Shown one piece after another: positions 28,196-39,650 of a DNA stretch of 64,000 nt. The position numbers and the translations under genes are program-made. Every line of letters starts with the position of its first letter. Within the stretch, counting starts at the first letter, position 1. The DNA is from Opitutales bacterium (GTDB taxonomy: Bacteria; Verrucomicrobiota; Verrucomicrobiia; Opitutales; Coraliomargaritaceae), in contig JBLRWI010000004.1 in the NCBI GenBank assembly GCA_047921335.1, positions 11,452 through 75,451 of the forward strand. The letters are read 5' to 3'. The notes below the pieces were generated by a model. The model saw only the letters and a list, made by a program, of their open reading frames with translations. It was not told the DNA's origin and made no database searches.

Positions 28196-29473
28196 TCAGG
28201 TGCGAGAAGACTCTTGGGGCCTGAAATAAGCCCCCGCTTTTTCCAGGTCGGCACCGCTGGGGGCTTGGTAGGTGCTGAGCTTGAACTCGGGTAGAATGGA
28301 GAGGAAGTGGTCGAAGAGATCGGCTTGGATGTCTTCGTAGTTGGCCCAGACGATGTCGTTACTAAAGAAGTAAATCTCCACGGGCAGACCGTGTTCGCTG
28401 GGCGCGAGTTGGCGGACCAGGAGGGTCAAGTCCTGGCGGACTTTGGGATGTTTGCGCAAGTAAGCCAGGCAGTAGGCGCGGAAGGTGCCGATGTTGGTGA
28501 GTCGGCGACCGTTGATCAGCTCGTTCAGGTCGTCGCCCACGTCGGCATTGTATTTCTGGATCTCCTCCAGTTTCGCGTCGAGGTAGGGCCGGAGCAGGCG
28601 GATGCGCTTGAAGCGTTCCAGGAGCTCTTCGTCGGCAAACTGAATGGTGCGCATATCGATGTGAATCGAGCGTTTGACGCGCCGCCCGCCGATTTCGCTC
28701 ATGCCCCGCCAGTTCTTAAAGGAATCGGTGATCAGGGCGTAGGTGGGGATCGTGGTGATGGTTTTATCCCAGTTGCGGACTTTGACCGTGGTGAGGGAGA
28801 CATCGATGACATCGCCGTCCGCGCCACGGGCGGGCATCTCGATCCAGTCGTCGACCATGATCATGTTATTGACCGAAAGTTGGAAGCCAGCGACCAGGCC
28901 GAGAATGGCATCCTTAAAAATTAAAAGCAGAATGGCAGTGACCGCCCCGAGGCCGGAAAAGAGCACGATGGGTGATTTCCCCAGCAGGACGGAGAAAATG
29001 AAGATCAGCCCGATCAGGTTGACGACCAGTTTGATGGCTTGGATAAAACTTTTTGCCGGGAAGCGTTTACCCAAGTTGCCCTGCTCCCAGATGGAGCGAA
29101 AAAAGTTCAGCCCGCCATCCGCGACCATGAGAAAAATGACAACCAGGTAAAGGTTGACAATCAGGCTGATGATTTCGGACACCTTCTCGCCGCCGCCCAG
29201 AAGGATCGGCGAAAGAACTTGTATGACGATCGCCGGAACAATGTGAGAAAGACGGACGACGACATTATGCTCTATGAGGAAGTCATCCCACTTGATGGTG
29301 CTTTTCTTGAACGCCGGATGGATGACGTAGGTAATGAGGCGCTTCGCCAGAAAGTTGGCCAACAGTGCCAGGATAATCAAGTAGGCGATGGCAACAGTCC
29401 AGCCGCCAAGTTGGGCTAATTCCGTGGAAAGGTGGAATTTTTTGAGCCATTCGGTGATAGATTGAGCAGTCAT
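28196..29473 (-). CDS. Mechanosensitive ion channel (MscS) family protein
   Basis: N-terminal TM helices, then the MscS beta-domain signature (VGDWIEMP-like DDWIEMPARGADGDVIDVSLTTVKVRNWDKTITTIPT). Confidence 0.85.
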   Translation of the reverse strand: MTAQSITEWLKKFHLSTELAQLGGWTVAIAYLIILALLANFLAKRLITYVIHPAFKKSTIKWDDFLIEHNVVVRLSHIVPAIVIQVLSPILLGGGEKVSEIISLIVNLYLVVIFLMVADGGLNFFRSIWEQGNLGKRFPAKSFIQAIKLVVNLIGLIFIFSVLLGKSPIVLFSGLGAVTAILLLIFKDAILGLVAGFQLSVNNMIMVDDWIEMPARGADGDVIDVSLTTVKVRNWDKTITTIPTYALITDSFKNWRGMSEIGGRRVKRSIHIDMRTIQFADEELLERFKRIRLLRPYLDAKLEEIQKYNADVGDDLNELINGRRLTNIGTFRAYCLAYLRKHPKVRQDLTLLVRQLAPSEHGLPVEIYFFSNDIVWANYEDIQADLFDHFLSILPEFKLSTYQAPSGADLEKAGAYFRPQESSRT

Positions 29474-29587
29474 GGGTAGGATTGAGTCGGTTTTACGCTA
29501 TCTTGACAACGTTTCCCTTGCATTAAAGGTGGCGAAAGTGTCGCGTGTGCGTATTTAATATCTTCTTTTCAACCAGATTGCAGAAAA

Positions 29588-30322
29588 ATGCGAAGGTTTC
29601 TTAGCACCATATATTTGACGAGTTGTTTCGCTAGCGTGATGTTGGCCCAGGATACTGGCGACGAATTTTTCGTTGAACGCTTGCTTCAGCGTTACACGGA
29701 AAGGTATGGCGGCTTAAGAGAAGCAAATCGACTGGCTGCGGTCAGCATCGAGGGCGTGCAAAATCAAGCGGGGCTTAACTATGATTTTCACTTGCGCAAA
29801 AAGCGTCCTGGCATGCTGCATTATCAACTGAAGAGGGGTGCGGCAGTCCTAACGACGGTTTACGATGGCCAGCAGGCTTGGTTGCAAATCCGGCAAGGCG
29901 ATGAAACGAGTGTCGAGGAACTCGCTGGTGAGCCGTTGAAAGTGGTGCAAGACGAAGCCCGCTTTGAAAGTCCGCTATACCGGCACATGGATAAACCGGC
30001 CAACCGGATTACGCTCGTTGGCCGTGAACAACTGGGGGGCCTTCAGGCGGTGGTTTTGAGAGTCGAAGAGCCCGGCCAGACCAGTCTGTATTACCTCCAT
30101 CCGGGCGAGGCGCTCGTGCTTCGGGTTGATCGCTTGAATGAAGCGGGGGAGGTCGCTTTGCAGACTCTTTATCGCGATTACCAAGAGGTCGCTGGCTATC
30201 CCTTCGCGCACCATATCGAGGTCCGAATCAAAGGCGAAACAGTGTCGGTGACCAGAGTGAACTCGATCGTTGTCAACCCGGGCCTCTTGAGCTTTTACTT
30301 TCAAAAACCCAGCGAGGAGTGA
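29588..30322 (+). CDS. Secreted hypothetical protein, LolA-like (lipoprotein-sorting fold) candidate
   Basis: Signal peptide. About 220-aa all-beta composition with the pattern seen in LolA_like/outer-membrane lipoprotein-sorting proteins. Fold call is tentative. Confidence 0.55.
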   Translation: MRRFLSTIYLTSCFASVMLAQDTGDEFFVERLLQRYTERYGGLREANRLAAVSIEGVQNQAGLNYDFHLRKKRPGMLHYQLKRGAAVLTTVYDGQQAWLQIRQGDETSVEELAGEPLKVVQDEARFESPLYRHMDKPANRITLVGREQLGGLQAVVLRVEEPGQTSLYYLHPGEALVLRVDRLNEAGEVALQTLYRDYQEVAGYPFAHHIEVRIKGETVSVTRVNSIVVNPGLLSFYFQKPSEE

Positions 30323-30394
30323 TGAGGGGTGAGGGGTGACAGAAAATGCGCTTTAGGGTGGCGAGTTTCGATTAATTGCGTTTATCTGTGAGGC

Positions 30395-31366
30395 ATGCGT
30401 TTCTGCTGCAAATTACTTTTTTTACTGGCCTTGAACGGGAGCTTATGGGCTTTTCAGACCATTGAGTTAAAGAACGGGGCGGCCCTTCGAGGTGAGGTGC
30501 TGGCTGAACGCTCCGGCAGTTATTACGTGGACTTGGGCTTTGATCTGATCCAAGTGCCGAAGGAAGCCGTCGCTTCAATTTTGGATGCGAAAAAGATTGC
30601 GGACCAAAAAACTCCGGTGATGCCTAATGAAGAGGCGCTGTATCAAGTGTCCGCCTCCACCGATGACCGCTCGATTCGGGACTGGATCGATGATTTAGGC
30701 GAAGCGGTGGCCCTGGTCCAGACACCTACTGGCTTGGGCTCTGGTTTTGTCATTCATAAAGACGGCTATGTGGTGACCAATCATCATGTGATTTCCGGGG
30801 AGCACCGCATCTCGATCACGATCTTCAAGCAAAGTGAGCGCGAGCTCAATAAAGTGACCTACGATAAGGTCCGCATTGTCGCGACGAGTGCCGAAATGGA
30901 TCTCGCGCTCTTGAAAATCGATGGTGAGGTGACGGAGCCATTTAAGATCGTCTCCCTTGCCGCAGCGGACCAGGGCTTGCGAGAGGGGCAATCGGTCTTT
31001 GCTATCGGCAGTCCACTCGGGCTCGATCGCACTGTTTCGGAGGGGATTATCAGTGTGGCCAACCGTGTGATCGGCGGTCGCCTTTATCTGCAGACGACGA
31101 CGCAAATCAACCCGGGTAACTCCGGCGGTCCGCTCTTCAACCTCAACGGCGCGGTGGTCGGGGTGAATAATATGAAAATCGCGGCGGTTGGTGCGGAGGG
31201 CCTCGGCTTTTCCATTTCCTCGCGAACCCTCAAATCTTTTCTTGATAACTTAGATGCCTACGCCTTCGATCCGCGCAATCCTAACTCCGGCTTCCGTTAT
31301 TTGGACCCCCCTTCGATTTCGCGGACGGGCGAGCTTCGCCCTGATGCCCCCAACTCCCAACCATGA
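30395..31366 (+). CDS. Trypsin-like serine protease (S1C family, no PDZ domain)
   Basis: Signal peptide. Catalytic triad contexts VVTNHHV (His), DLALLKI (Asp) and NPGNSGGPLF (Ser). Confidence 0.85.
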   Translation: MRFCCKLLFLLALNGSLWAFQTIELKNGAALRGEVLAERSGSYYVDLGFDLIQVPKEAVASILDAKKIADQKTPVMPNEEALYQVSASTDDRSIRDWIDDLGEAVALVQTPTGLGSGFVIHKDGYVVTNHHVISGEHRISITIFKQSERELNKVTYDKVRIVATSAEMDLALLKIDGEVTEPFKIVSLAAADQGLREGQSVFAIGSPLGLDRTVSEGIISVANRVIGGRLYLQTTTQINPGNSGGPLFNLNGAVVGVNNMKIAAVGAEGLGFSISSRTLKSFLDNLDAYAFDPRNPNSGFRYLDPPSISRTGELRPDAPNSQP

Positions 31367-33144
31367 AACTTATGCGACGATTTCTCCTTATCTTAAGCTG
31401 CTTCACTGTGCTCGCCGCCCAGTCCTCGGGCAAGGCGCTCGACCGCATCATCGCGACGGATGCCGATGCGGTGCTGACGGTTCGGAATATTTCGGAGCTA
31501 CGCGCGGCTTGGAAGGAGCACCCGCTGGTGCTCGACCTGGCTGATACTTCGTTGGTCGATACGATCAGTGCGCTGATTACGCCGTTAGGCAGTGCGACGA
31601 AGCCGGGCGGGTTGGACGAACTGCTGGAGGAATTTCACTTGGATGCTGAGGCCTTGTTACAGCTTTTTCCCGGTCAAGCCGGCCTGGTGCTCTATAATTT
31701 TGCCGAGCAGATCTTGCAGGATGCCGAGAGCCAGGATCTGGCGATACTGGCAGAGTTCAGCGGCACACCGGAGCGGCTCGACGAACTCATGCAGATTCAG
31801 TTTGAGCGCAATGCCAAAGCGCAGAAGGAGGCAAACCCCGAGGTCGAACACGAACTGATTCGGGAGTATTTCATGGGCGAAACTCTCTACTTCGATGAAG
31901 TTTTTGATGGGGAGAAAACCTACATTGAAGATGGCTATGCACTGGTCGATGGCATCTTTATTCTCGCCACTCCGGAAGAGCGGCTGCGGACCCTGGTGGA
32001 ATCGATTAAGGCGGGGACGGATGCCCCGCTGGCTTCAAGTCCTGCTTACCAGCGGGTGCGTGAGGCCTCGGGTCCAGTGGATGGGCTGTTCTACATTAAC
32101 TTCGAGTCTTTTTTGCCGGCCCTGAACCAAGCGCTGCTGCGAGGGACGGTGCCCGCGCCCATGGCGATGTTTGGCATGAGTGGCAGCAGTCTCAGTGCCG
32201 CTCTGGCGCTACGGGACTGGCAGGGCCTTGGATTTGACTTTAAGGTGCAAGAGGATGGGCTCCGCGCCCAGAGCGCGATCATTTATCGGGAGAAGTCGGG
32301 ACTCTTCAAGCTTCTGGCTTATGGGGAAGGCGCGCTGCCACCGGCTCATTACGTGCCGACCGGGGCGCTTTCCAGTTCGGTGTCCCGCTTTGATTTGAGT
32401 GAAATGTTTGCCCGCCTGGAAGCATTTTTGGGTGCCGCCAGCCCGACTGCGCCCGCGCTGCTCAATATTCAGTTGCAGCAAATCAAGACCAATAGCGGGG
32501 TGGACCTGCGGCGCGCTCTCTTGCAAAACTTCGGCACGGAGGTCGTCAGCTTTTCCATCCTTCCGCAGAAGGGGCCGGTGGGAAATCCACTCGCTCCGGC
32601 CGAGCAGGTGTATGTATTTCAGATCAAAGATGCGGCGGCCCTCTCCGGGGGATTGGAAGCACTCAAGGACCTGGTGCCGGGTGCGCGCGGGCAGATCCAG
32701 ACCCGCGATTTCGGGGGAGAAATCATTCATACCTTTAGCAATGCGGGCGCTCCCACGGTGGGCGATGTGCCAGCCTACAACTTCAGCTATGTGGTCACTC
32801 GCACGCACCTGATTGCCAGCCTCGGCAGTATCGGCACGCTTCAGCGGGTGCTTACTTCGATGCAGTCCGGTGATTCCGGTTTCTGGCAAGAGGCCGAGAT
32901 TGAGGCCTTGATTGAAAGGGTCGGGGCCCCTGGCGTGGTGGTTGCCCGTTCCTACACCGATTTGGGCCAGGCTCTAAGCTCGATGCTTGAATCGATACAG
33001 GAAGCGCAGCAGCTCACGAGCAGGGGGAGCCGGATTAGTGCCCCCACCTCGATCGACATGCCCTGGCATTTTCTGGCTGAGACCTATGAAGCACCCGACG
33101 GATTATTTAGCCGCATGATTCTTCAACGAAAGGAAGCTCGATAA
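31363..33144 (+). CDS. Secreted hypothetical protein (593 aa)
   Basis: Signal peptide MKLMRRFLLILSCFTVLAAQS. Coding-like composition throughout. ATGA overlap upstream and TAATG overlap downstream. No confident family. Confidence 0.65.
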   Translation: MKLMRRFLLILSCFTVLAAQSSGKALDRIIATDADAVLTVRNISELRAAWKEHPLVLDLADTSLVDTISALITPLGSATKPGGLDELLEEFHLDAEALLQLFPGQAGLVLYNFAEQILQDAESQDLAILAEFSGTPERLDELMQIQFERNAKAQKEANPEVEHELIREYFMGETLYFDEVFDGEKTYIEDGYALVDGIFILATPEERLRTLVESIKAGTDAPLASSPAYQRVREASGPVDGLFYINFESFLPALNQALLRGTVPAPMAMFGMSGSSLSAALALRDWQGLGFDFKVQEDGLRAQSAIIYREKSGLFKLLAYGEGALPPAHYVPTGALSSSVSRFDLSEMFARLEAFLGAASPTAPALLNIQLQQIKTNSGVDLRRALLQNFGTEVVSFSILPQKGPVGNPLAPAEQVYVFQIKDAAALSGGLEALKDLVPGARGQIQTRDFGGEIIHTFSNAGAPTVGDVPAYNFSYVVTRTHLIASLGSIGTLQRVLTSMQSGDSGFWQEAEIEALIERVGAPGVVVARSYTDLGQALSSMLESIQEAQQLTSRGSRISAPTSIDMPWHFLAETYEAPDGLFSRMILQRKEAR

Positions 33145-35483
33145 TGTCCTTTCAGATCAGACTGGTTTTATGCTCGTGCCTGCTCGCGCAGACGGCCTTC
33201 GCTACCGGGGATGCCCCGCCTGTGGACTACGGTTTTGGCCCGCCGGAAGTCGTCAAGCTCGATTGGTCCACCCGTTCCCTGACTCCTGCGGACCTCGATG
33301 GCGACGGCTTGATGGACCTGGCCGTGATCAATAACGATGCCGGAAAAATCGAGCTACTTTATCAACTACCTCAGGGTGAATCGGCCCGCGAAGTAAAACG
33401 CTCGCTCCAGCGCAACCGCTGGGAACCGGTGCTGGAGGATGCGCTTTTTGAGAAGCGAGGGCTGACGATCGGTTTTCCGGTCTATGATTTGGTGGTGCAG
33501 GATTTCAACGCCGATGGGCGGGCGGACCTGGCTTACACCTCCGGCGAGGTGCCGTTGACTGTGCGTTATCAGAGTGAAGACGGCGAGTGGGTGGCATCGA
33601 GCCAATACGATGGTTTTCAGGCACTGGGCTGGCCGCAGTCCATCCGGGCCGAAGATGTGGATGGCGACGGGTCGGTTGAGCTTTTCGTCTTATCCGCCGA
33701 TGCGATTCGAGTTTTTCGGCATGACTCGGAGGGCCGCCTCAGTGAGCCGGAGATTTACTACACCTCCGGGGAAAATCCTTACAATCTGATCTTGCATGAT
33801 GTCACCGGTAACGGGCGTTCCGATCTCCTTTACCTGAGCACGGACGGCAAACAAGTTTTGGCCATGCGGGAACAACTCGAAGGAGGCCGCTTTGGTCCGG
33901 AGCGTCGCCAGATTATGGAACGACCGGCCCGGCTGATCGTGCCTCTTCCCGGGGATGAGGGTGAGCCAGGCTCGCTCGCAGCAGTCAACGCCCGGGGCGG
34001 TGCACTTGAGTTTATGCGGCTGCACCGCGCCGAGGTGGGCTTGTCCCTCCCCGCCTCGGCTCTGGAGGCGGGCACCCCTGAAATCTATCCGCTATTTAAA
34101 AAAGTCCGCGATTCCGCCAGTTATGCCTTGGGTGACATCGATGGCGATGGCGCGCCCGACCTAGTCGTAGCCAATCCCGCCGAGGCCAAGCTGGTTCTTT
34201 TTCGGCAACGGAAAGGCCGCTTCGAGACCTCACAGGAATTCCCCTCATTTTCCGCTGTCTCCTCGCTGGCCGCTGGCCGGTTTCACGAGACCGCCACGGA
34301 AAGCCTGATCGTCTTGAGTGAGACGGAAAAAACGATTGGACGCTCAAAAATGGATTCACGCGGACGGCTTAGCTTCCCCAGGCAAATCCAAATCGGGCCG
34401 GGAGATCCGGTGGTGGCATCTGCCCTCGACCTCGACGGCGATGGCTACGACGAGTTGATTCTGGTGCTCCAGGAGAAGGGGAACTATCGCCTGGTCGTGG
34501 CGGCTCCAGTGGATCGTGCTGAAGAAGACGGTGCATGGGAGGCGTTGTTTAGCTTGGACTTGTCGGCGGTGCGCCGTAAGCCCACTGCGGTCACCGGGCT
34601 TGATGTGTTTGCGGGCGGCGTGTCCGGGTTGGTGGTTTATGTGCCGCGTGAACCGCCGGTCCTGCTTGGACCGGCAAAGGGGAGCGAGGGCATTGCCTTT
34701 CAAGAACTGGCCACCGCATCGAGCGTCCGCGAGAGCCTGCTCAAGGGGCTACGTCCGGCCGAGACCTCGACTTTCGACGTCGATGGCGACGGTGTGAATG
34801 AACTGGTGGTGGCGCGGACGGGCTTCGCCCGCGCCTTCAAAGTCGTCGACGATCAGTTGGAGATGGTCGACCAATTCAACGCGCGGGCGGGCAGCGATGT
34901 GATCGATGCGGTCATCCCCCTGGAGCCCGGCCCCAAGCCCGCTCGTCTTGCGCTTTATGTGGCCGAGGCCCGGGAGCTACAATTTCTACATCGGGGAGCG
35001 GACGGGGTTTACCGTTACGAAACCTCCGTAAAGGTCGGACGACTGGATCTGCAAAACTGGTTTCGTTTGCCCACTGCGGACTCCGCCGAGGCGGGAGCTT
35101 ATCTCTTTGCCGGGGAGGATCGTTTTTGGTCCTTTAACGGGAGCGCGCCGGCCATGTTCTGGGCAAGCGAGGAGATTTACGAAACCGACCTGGAGGAGGT
35201 TCACTACAGCAATGTTTTCGGAGCCGACTTAAATGCAGACGGTCGGCACGACCTCGTGGCCCTGGACGGCACGGAGCACGTGATTGACATTCTTTCGCGG
35301 CGCGAAGGCGAATGGCGCAGCCGCATGTTTTGGCAAGTCTTCGAGCAAAACATGCATTACCGAGGGCGCACCGGGGCCAAGCTGGAGCCCCGTGAGATCG
35401 TGGTCGGGGATTTTACTGGCGACGGCCTTCCGGATCTGGTCCTCCTAGTCCACGACCGGATTTTGGTTTATCCCGGAATCTAA
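33144..35483 (+). CDS. Secreted FG-GAP/VCBS repeat beta-propeller protein
   Basis: Signal peptide plus nine DxDxDG-type loops ([81 protein letters not shown]), each followed by hydrophobic strands. Confidence 0.8.
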   Translation: MSFQIRLVLCSCLLAQTAFATGDAPPVDYGFGPPEVVKLDWSTRSLTPADLDGDGLMDLAVINNDAGKIELLYQLPQGESAREVKRSLQRNRWEPVLEDALFEKRGLTIGFPVYDLVVQDFNADGRADLAYTSGEVPLTVRYQSEDGEWVASSQYDGFQALGWPQSIRAEDVDGDGSVELFVLSADAIRVFRHDSEGRLSEPEIYYTSGENPYNLILHDVTGNGRSDLLYLSTDGKQVLAMREQLEGGRFGPERRQIMERPARLIVPLPGDEGEPGSLAAVNARGGALEFMRLHRAEVGLSLPASALEAGTPEIYPLFKKVRDSASYALGDIDGDGAPDLVVANPAEAKLVLFRQRKGRFETSQEFPSFSAVSSLAAGRFHETATESLIVLSETEKTIGRSKMDSRGRLSFPRQIQIGPGDPVVASALDLDGDGYDELILVLQEKGNYRLVVAAPVDRAEEDGAWEALFSLDLSAVRRKPTAVTGLDVFAGGVSGLVVYVPREPPVLLGPAKGSEGIAFQELATASSVRESLLKGLRPAETSTFDVDGDGVNELVVARTGFARAFKVVDDQLEMVDQFNARAGSDVIDAVIPLEPGPKPARLALYVAEARELQFLHRGADGVYRYETSVKVGRLDLQNWFRLPTADSAEAGAYLFAGEDRFWSFNGSAPAMFWASEEIYETDLEEVHYSNVFGADLNADGRHDLVALDGTEHVIDILSRREGEWRSRMFWQVFEQNMHYRGRTGAKLEPREIVVGDFTGDGLPDLVLLVHDRILVYPGI

Positions 35484-36736
35484 TAAATCCAGAAGCGCCT
35501 CGCTTGTTGCTGAAACTCTTGGGCGCTGCGGGCCCAGCCCTCGACGAAAGTGTTTACCCGGGCGTTCTCTCCGCGTTGGCTGATTTCGTCCCACCAGGCG
35601 GTGCTGCCCACGTGCTTGTTGAAGAGGTTGGTATTTCTGGCTTCGGCAAAGGGGTTGCCGGGAGTCCAGGCGGCGGTGATCCGCATCATGTGGAAGCTCA
35701 GTTCGGTCGGGCGCACGACCGCCCAATCGCTCACGCTCACATAGACTCCTTCCACCGGGGCTCCGGCGGCTGAGCGGGTTTTGACGATGCGGTAGCGCAG
35801 GCCGGGAATTTGGCAGGCCTGCAGGGCACGCATCACCTCGGCGGGGGACTTGCCCTTATGGCGGAGTAAGCGGAAGGGGTAGGGCGTGCCAATGCCGTGT
35901 GAAAACCCGCCCTCCTGTGCCCCGAGGCCGGTCATGGCGTAGCCAAGCACCGCCGAGAGGTCGGGCACATAGGGGGAGGTGGGCACCCATTTTAAGCCTG
36001 TGCCGGTCCAGAGCATATCGCGCCGCCAGCCCTGCATGGGGATGACGGTTAACTTGCCCCGGCGGCGGACCGCTTCCGGCAGCTCCATCCAGCCGGGCGT
36101 GTGCTTGGCGATCCGGGCCAGCTCCGCGATGGTCAGCCCGTGCACGTAGGGCACATGGAAGGCACCCACGTAGCTGCGCCATTCCCGGTCGAGCGGCGGA
36201 CCGTCCACCTTGAGCCCGCCCAGCGGGTTCGGCCGGTCGAGCACCACTACTTCCACCCCCTGCTCAAAGCAGGCCTCCATGGCGTAGCGCATGCAACTGA
36301 CATAGGTGTAGGAGCGCACCCCCACGTCCTGCAGATCGACCACGAGCGCGTCGAGGCCCTGTAGCATCTTCGGGGTCGGCTTGCGGTATTGCCCGTAGAG
36401 GGAGTAAACCGGGAGCCCGGTGCGCGGGTCGATTTTGTCGTCGACCGGCACATTGGCCTTCTCGTTGCCATAAATGCCATGCTCCGGCCCGAAGAGCGCG
36501 ACCAACTGAACGTTTGGGGCTCGACGCAGCACATCGATGCTGCTCACCCCCTGGCGATTGACTCCGGCCGGGTGGGTGAGTAGGCCCACCCGCTTGCCCG
36601 CGATGGCGCGAAAGCCGCTGGCTTCCAACACGTCGATACCCAGGTGGATGGGAGTGGCTTGGGCGTGGATCGTGCCGAACAGGGCGACCGCAGCGCAAAG
36701 GGCGGCACGCTTAATTTTTGGGAGGAGTGTCGTCAT
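35480..36736 (-). CDS. DUF1343 family protein (NamZ-type exo-beta-N-acetylmuramidase family)
   Basis: Signal peptide, then [12 protein letters not shown]...[14 protein letters not shown] and [15 protein letters not shown], typical of DUF1343. Confidence 0.8.
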   Translation of the reverse strand: MTTLLPKIKRAALCAAVALFGTIHAQATPIHLGIDVLEASGFRAIAGKRVGLLTHPAGVNRQGVSSIDVLRRAPNVQLVALFGPEHGIYGNEKANVPVDDKIDPRTGLPVYSLYGQYRKPTPKMLQGLDALVVDLQDVGVRSYTYVSCMRYAMEACFEQGVEVVVLDRPNPLGGLKVDGPPLDREWRSYVGAFHVPYVHGLTIAELARIAKHTPGWMELPEAVRRRGKLTVIPMQGWRRDMLWTGTGLKWVPTSPYVPDLSAVLGYAMTGLGAQEGGFSHGIGTPYPFRLLRHKGKSPAEVMRALQACQIPGLRYRIVKTRSAAGAPVEGVYVSVSDWAVVRPTELSFHMMRITAAWTPGNPFAEARNTNLFNKHVGSTAWWDEISQRGENARVNTFVEGWARSAQEFQQQARRFWIY

Positions 36737-37373
36737 CGGAGGCTGTGTCTGGTTTGTGTCGTGGCAGGTGGATCTTGTCCTTTAAAACGGCGTAGCTGGC
36801 CGCAGTTCGTTGCGCAACGATGCGATAAGCGATACTGCCGATCAGGCCGAAAAAAGTTCCCATGATAGTTGCGCCGAGGCTGGTAACGCCAAAAACGCTG
36901 AGGAGACGCTCCATATTATCGCCCCAGTTGCCATGGGTGAAATTGTAGAGCAGGCTTTGCACTTCGCTGCGAGCCAGCGGGGCGGCTTCGATGCCCAGCA
37001 CGGCGAGAAAGTGCCGCCCGATTTGATACGCTGAGAACCAGATTGGGATAACGGTGAGCGGATTAGAAACGACTTGAAGGCCGACGAGGATCGGCAGGTT
37101 GGCCCGCAGCAGCAAGGCCAAGACTAAGGCGAGCGCGACTTGAATGCCGTAAATCGGCAAGAGGGTCAAAATGCTGCCGGCATAGATCGCGGGCACCGCA
37201 TTTTCCACCCGGAAGCTCCAGATGTAGGCCCGCTTGCGCGCGGTTTCCGAAAAAAACTTCAGGATGGGGTAGCGGTGGATGGTGGCACGCCGGGGGAGCG
37301 GACGCAGCCAGCGCTTGACCCTGCGGATGCGGCGCCACTTGGCTTCGTGAAACTCGCTTTCCTCTGTGGTCAT
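36711..37373 (-). CDS. DUF2062 domain membrane protein
   Basis: N-terminal basic region ([13 protein letters not shown]), then [29 protein letters not shown] and further TM segments, as in DUF2062. Confidence 0.7.
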   Translation of the reverse strand: MTTEESEFHEAKWRRIRRVKRWLRPLPRRATIHRYPILKFFSETARKRAYIWSFRVENAVPAIYAGSILTLLPIYGIQVALALVLALLLRANLPILVGLQVVSNPLTVIPIWFSAYQIGRHFLAVLGIEAAPLARSEVQSLLYNFTHGNWGDNMERLLSVFGVTSLGATIMGTFFGLIGSIAYRIVAQRTAASYAVLKDKIHLPRHKPDTASDDDTPPKN

Positions 37374-38599
37374 TTTTTAAGTAGCTCGCCCATGGCCTCA
37401 GCAAAGGCCTTCCCAATCTGCCCCAGGATTTTGGCGGAGCCCAAGTAGTGGAACTCGAAGTTGGAGGCACCTTTTTTGAGGATGGTTAGCTCGCGCTCGG
37501 TGAAGAGTTCATTATAAAGTATCGCTTCGGCTTGCTGGCCCTCGCTTTGACTGAGCTCCTTTTGTTTGACCTTCTCACGGACGGCCTTGATCTGCGGCAT
37601 GATCTGTTTTTCCCGGTCGCGCAGTTCGGAGAGTTCCATGTCCCAATACTTTTCGGTCAAGACGGCGGCGACGTTGTCCTTGAATTCGGGTAACGCGGCG
37701 GGAGCGGCCATGGCATCGCGGAAGTTCTGGTGCACCGCCTTATAGCGGTCTTGCTTATATAATGCGGTCGGGCCGTTTACGCCCATGACGCCAATGACAA
37801 AGGGCAGTTCCGGGGTGGAGAGGTCCTTGCGCACGTCCTTGATGAAGGCACCCAGCAGTTCGGTGTAGGCATCGTAACCGCCGGGCTGGTTGCGGTTCGG
37901 GTAAACACCGCCATCCGTCATGTCGTTCCAGCCCTGGAACCAGACGAAGCCGGCCAGCTCGTAGCCCTTGCGGGCATCGTATTCCGGATAAACGCGCTCG
38001 ATATCGGCCAGCACTTTTCGGATATGCTCCATCATGAGCCGGTAGTAATGACCCGATGCTTCAGCTCGCTCCTTTTTGAGAGCCTCGACATCTTTCCCGT
38101 CCGCCTTCATTTTCTCCAGAGTCGTTTGGTCAAAGGTATAGGGCCCGGCGCTCGGCGGGCGGAAGTCGGTGTGCAAGCTCTTGCCGCCCCAGGCCGTTTT
38201 GATCAGGAGAATCGGCCCTTGCACTTGCTCCGCCATGTAGATGCCGAAGGTGAATTCCGGTCCGACCTTCGGGCCGCGCCGCTCGGCTCCATAGCCTGTG
38301 GTAAGTGGCCCAAATTTTTCCTCCGCCTCCGAGGCTGACGAACCGATCGAGGAAATCCAGACCCGTTCGATCACGCGAGGCTCGCCCCGCGCATCGATCA
38401 TTTTCTCAAGCATGGGCATCGTTTCCGGATCCAGGCCAATGACCTCGAGGGTGCTGAGATGGGCATGCCCCTGCATGTTCGATTGCCCGCTCAGGATGAA
38501 GACCTTAAGCGGGCCATGGTTGGCGGCGGCTAGTGCTGAGAGAGAAGCCAGGCTGAAAAAGACCGCGGTTACGAAGCTTTTGGATTTTTTGGAGAGCAT
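37370..38599 (-). CDS. Sialate O-acetylesterase-like SGNH/DUF303 carbohydrate esterase
   Basis: Signal peptide and the hallmark [15 protein letters not shown] motif. WFQGWND is also typical. Confidence 0.75.
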   Translation of the reverse strand: MLSKKSKSFVTAVFFSLASLSALAAANHGPLKVFILSGQSNMQGHAHLSTLEVIGLDPETMPMLEKMIDARGEPRVIERVWISSIGSSASEAEEKFGPLTTGYGAERRGPKVGPEFTFGIYMAEQVQGPILLIKTAWGGKSLHTDFRPPSAGPYTFDQTTLEKMKADGKDVEALKKERAEASGHYYRLMMEHIRKVLADIERVYPEYDARKGYELAGFVWFQGWNDMTDGGVYPNRNQPGGYDAYTELLGAFIKDVRKDLSTPELPFVIGVMGVNGPTALYKQDRYKAVHQNFRDAMAAPAALPEFKDNVAAVLTEKYWDMELSELRDREKQIMPQIKAVREKVKQKELSQSEGQQAEAILYNELFTERELTILKKGASNFEFHYLGSAKILGQIGKAFAEAMGELLKK

Positions 38600-38775
38600 A
38601 TTTTTGTGTAATTCAGATAGAGATGGTCTCGGCTTTCCTCTACCCCAAGAGGAGAATGGAAGTTTGGAAGGATGACGTGCTTTTCACGACCGTTTTGCTG
38701 GAGGATCGTTCCGGAAAGTGAATGTGTTTGGTCGCACGGATAATATTCGAGCCAATAAACTAAATGGAAACACCA

Positions 38776-39405
38776 CTATGCCCCCGCAGCAAGTTTGAGC
38801 GCTTCTCGTGTCAAGCTCGTGATTTCCGTCCATTTCCCTTCTTTGATCAATGCCGGGCTGACCATCCAGGAGCCGCCGATAGCGGCCACCACCGGCAGCT
38901 TGAGGTAGTCCTGCAGATTCTCGGCGGTGATGCCTCCTGTCGGGGTGAACTGAACGCCGGTGTGGGCGTAGGGCCCGGCCAGTGACTTGAGCATTTTCAC
39001 CCCGCCGGCGGCTTCGGCGGGGAAGAACTTCAAGAGCTTGCAGCCTAAGCTTAGGGCCTGTTCCACCTCGCTCGGGCTCATCACGCCGGGCGAAAACTCC
39101 AGGCCCACTGCTTGGGCCGCCTGGACGATTTTAGGATTCAGTCCGGGCGCCAGCCCGAAAACGGCCCCCGCATCGCGGGCCCGCTTGGCCTGATCTTCCT
39201 CCAGGACGGTGCCGGCACCTAATAAAATTTCGGGGAAGCGCCCCGCAATCCGCCGGATGCAGGCTTCCGCCGCCTCGGTGCGGAAAGTAATCTCCATGAT
39301 ATCCAACCCGGCCGCCAAGAGTGCTTCCGCCAGCGGCTCGGCCTGTTCGACAGTATCCAGCACCACTACTGGCACGATACGCTTGGCAAGTATTCGATCA
39401 ATCAT
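38776..39405 (-). CDS. eda: KDPG / 4-hydroxy-2-oxoglutarate aldolase
   Basis: Class-I aldolase. IVPVVVLD, MEITFRT, GAGTV and LKFFPAEAAGG motifs are collinear with Eda. Confidence 0.85.
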   Translation of the reverse strand: MIDRILAKRIVPVVVLDTVEQAEPLAEALLAAGLDIMEITFRTEAAEACIRRIAGRFPEILLGAGTVLEEDQAKRARDAGAVFGLAPGLNPKIVQAAQAVGLEFSPGVMSPSEVEQALSLGCKLLKFFPAEAAGGVKMLKSLAGPYAHTGVQFTPTGGITAENLQDYLKLPVVAAIGGSWMVSPALIKEGKWTEITSLTREALKLAAGA

Positions 39406-39531
39406 GGGGCTACATTGAGGAAATGTATCAAAATGCGAAAGGATAAAGTCGATTAGATTAGGGGTGGGAGGAATGCGCCCCGGCCAAGGCCTTCGCCGTG
39501 CACTAGTATTCCTTCAAATAAGTTTTTTCAT

Positions 39532-39606
39532 GTAGCCGAAGCCCTTCGGCTTTAGCCGACCGCCCGGAGTGTGCGAACCAACCAAACGCGAAGGCGTTCG
39601 GCTACA
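39532..39606. repeat. Convergent pair of GTAG-hairpin units
   Basis: + strand GTAGCCGAAGCCCTTCGGC (39532). - strand GTAGCCGAACGCCTTCGCGTTTGG (head at 39605). The latter matches the tandem units at 59923 and 59964. Confidence 0.75.
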
Positions 39607-39650
39607 AGTTTCGAAAGTTTGAGTTATGGAAAAACTTATTCGCAGGCCCA

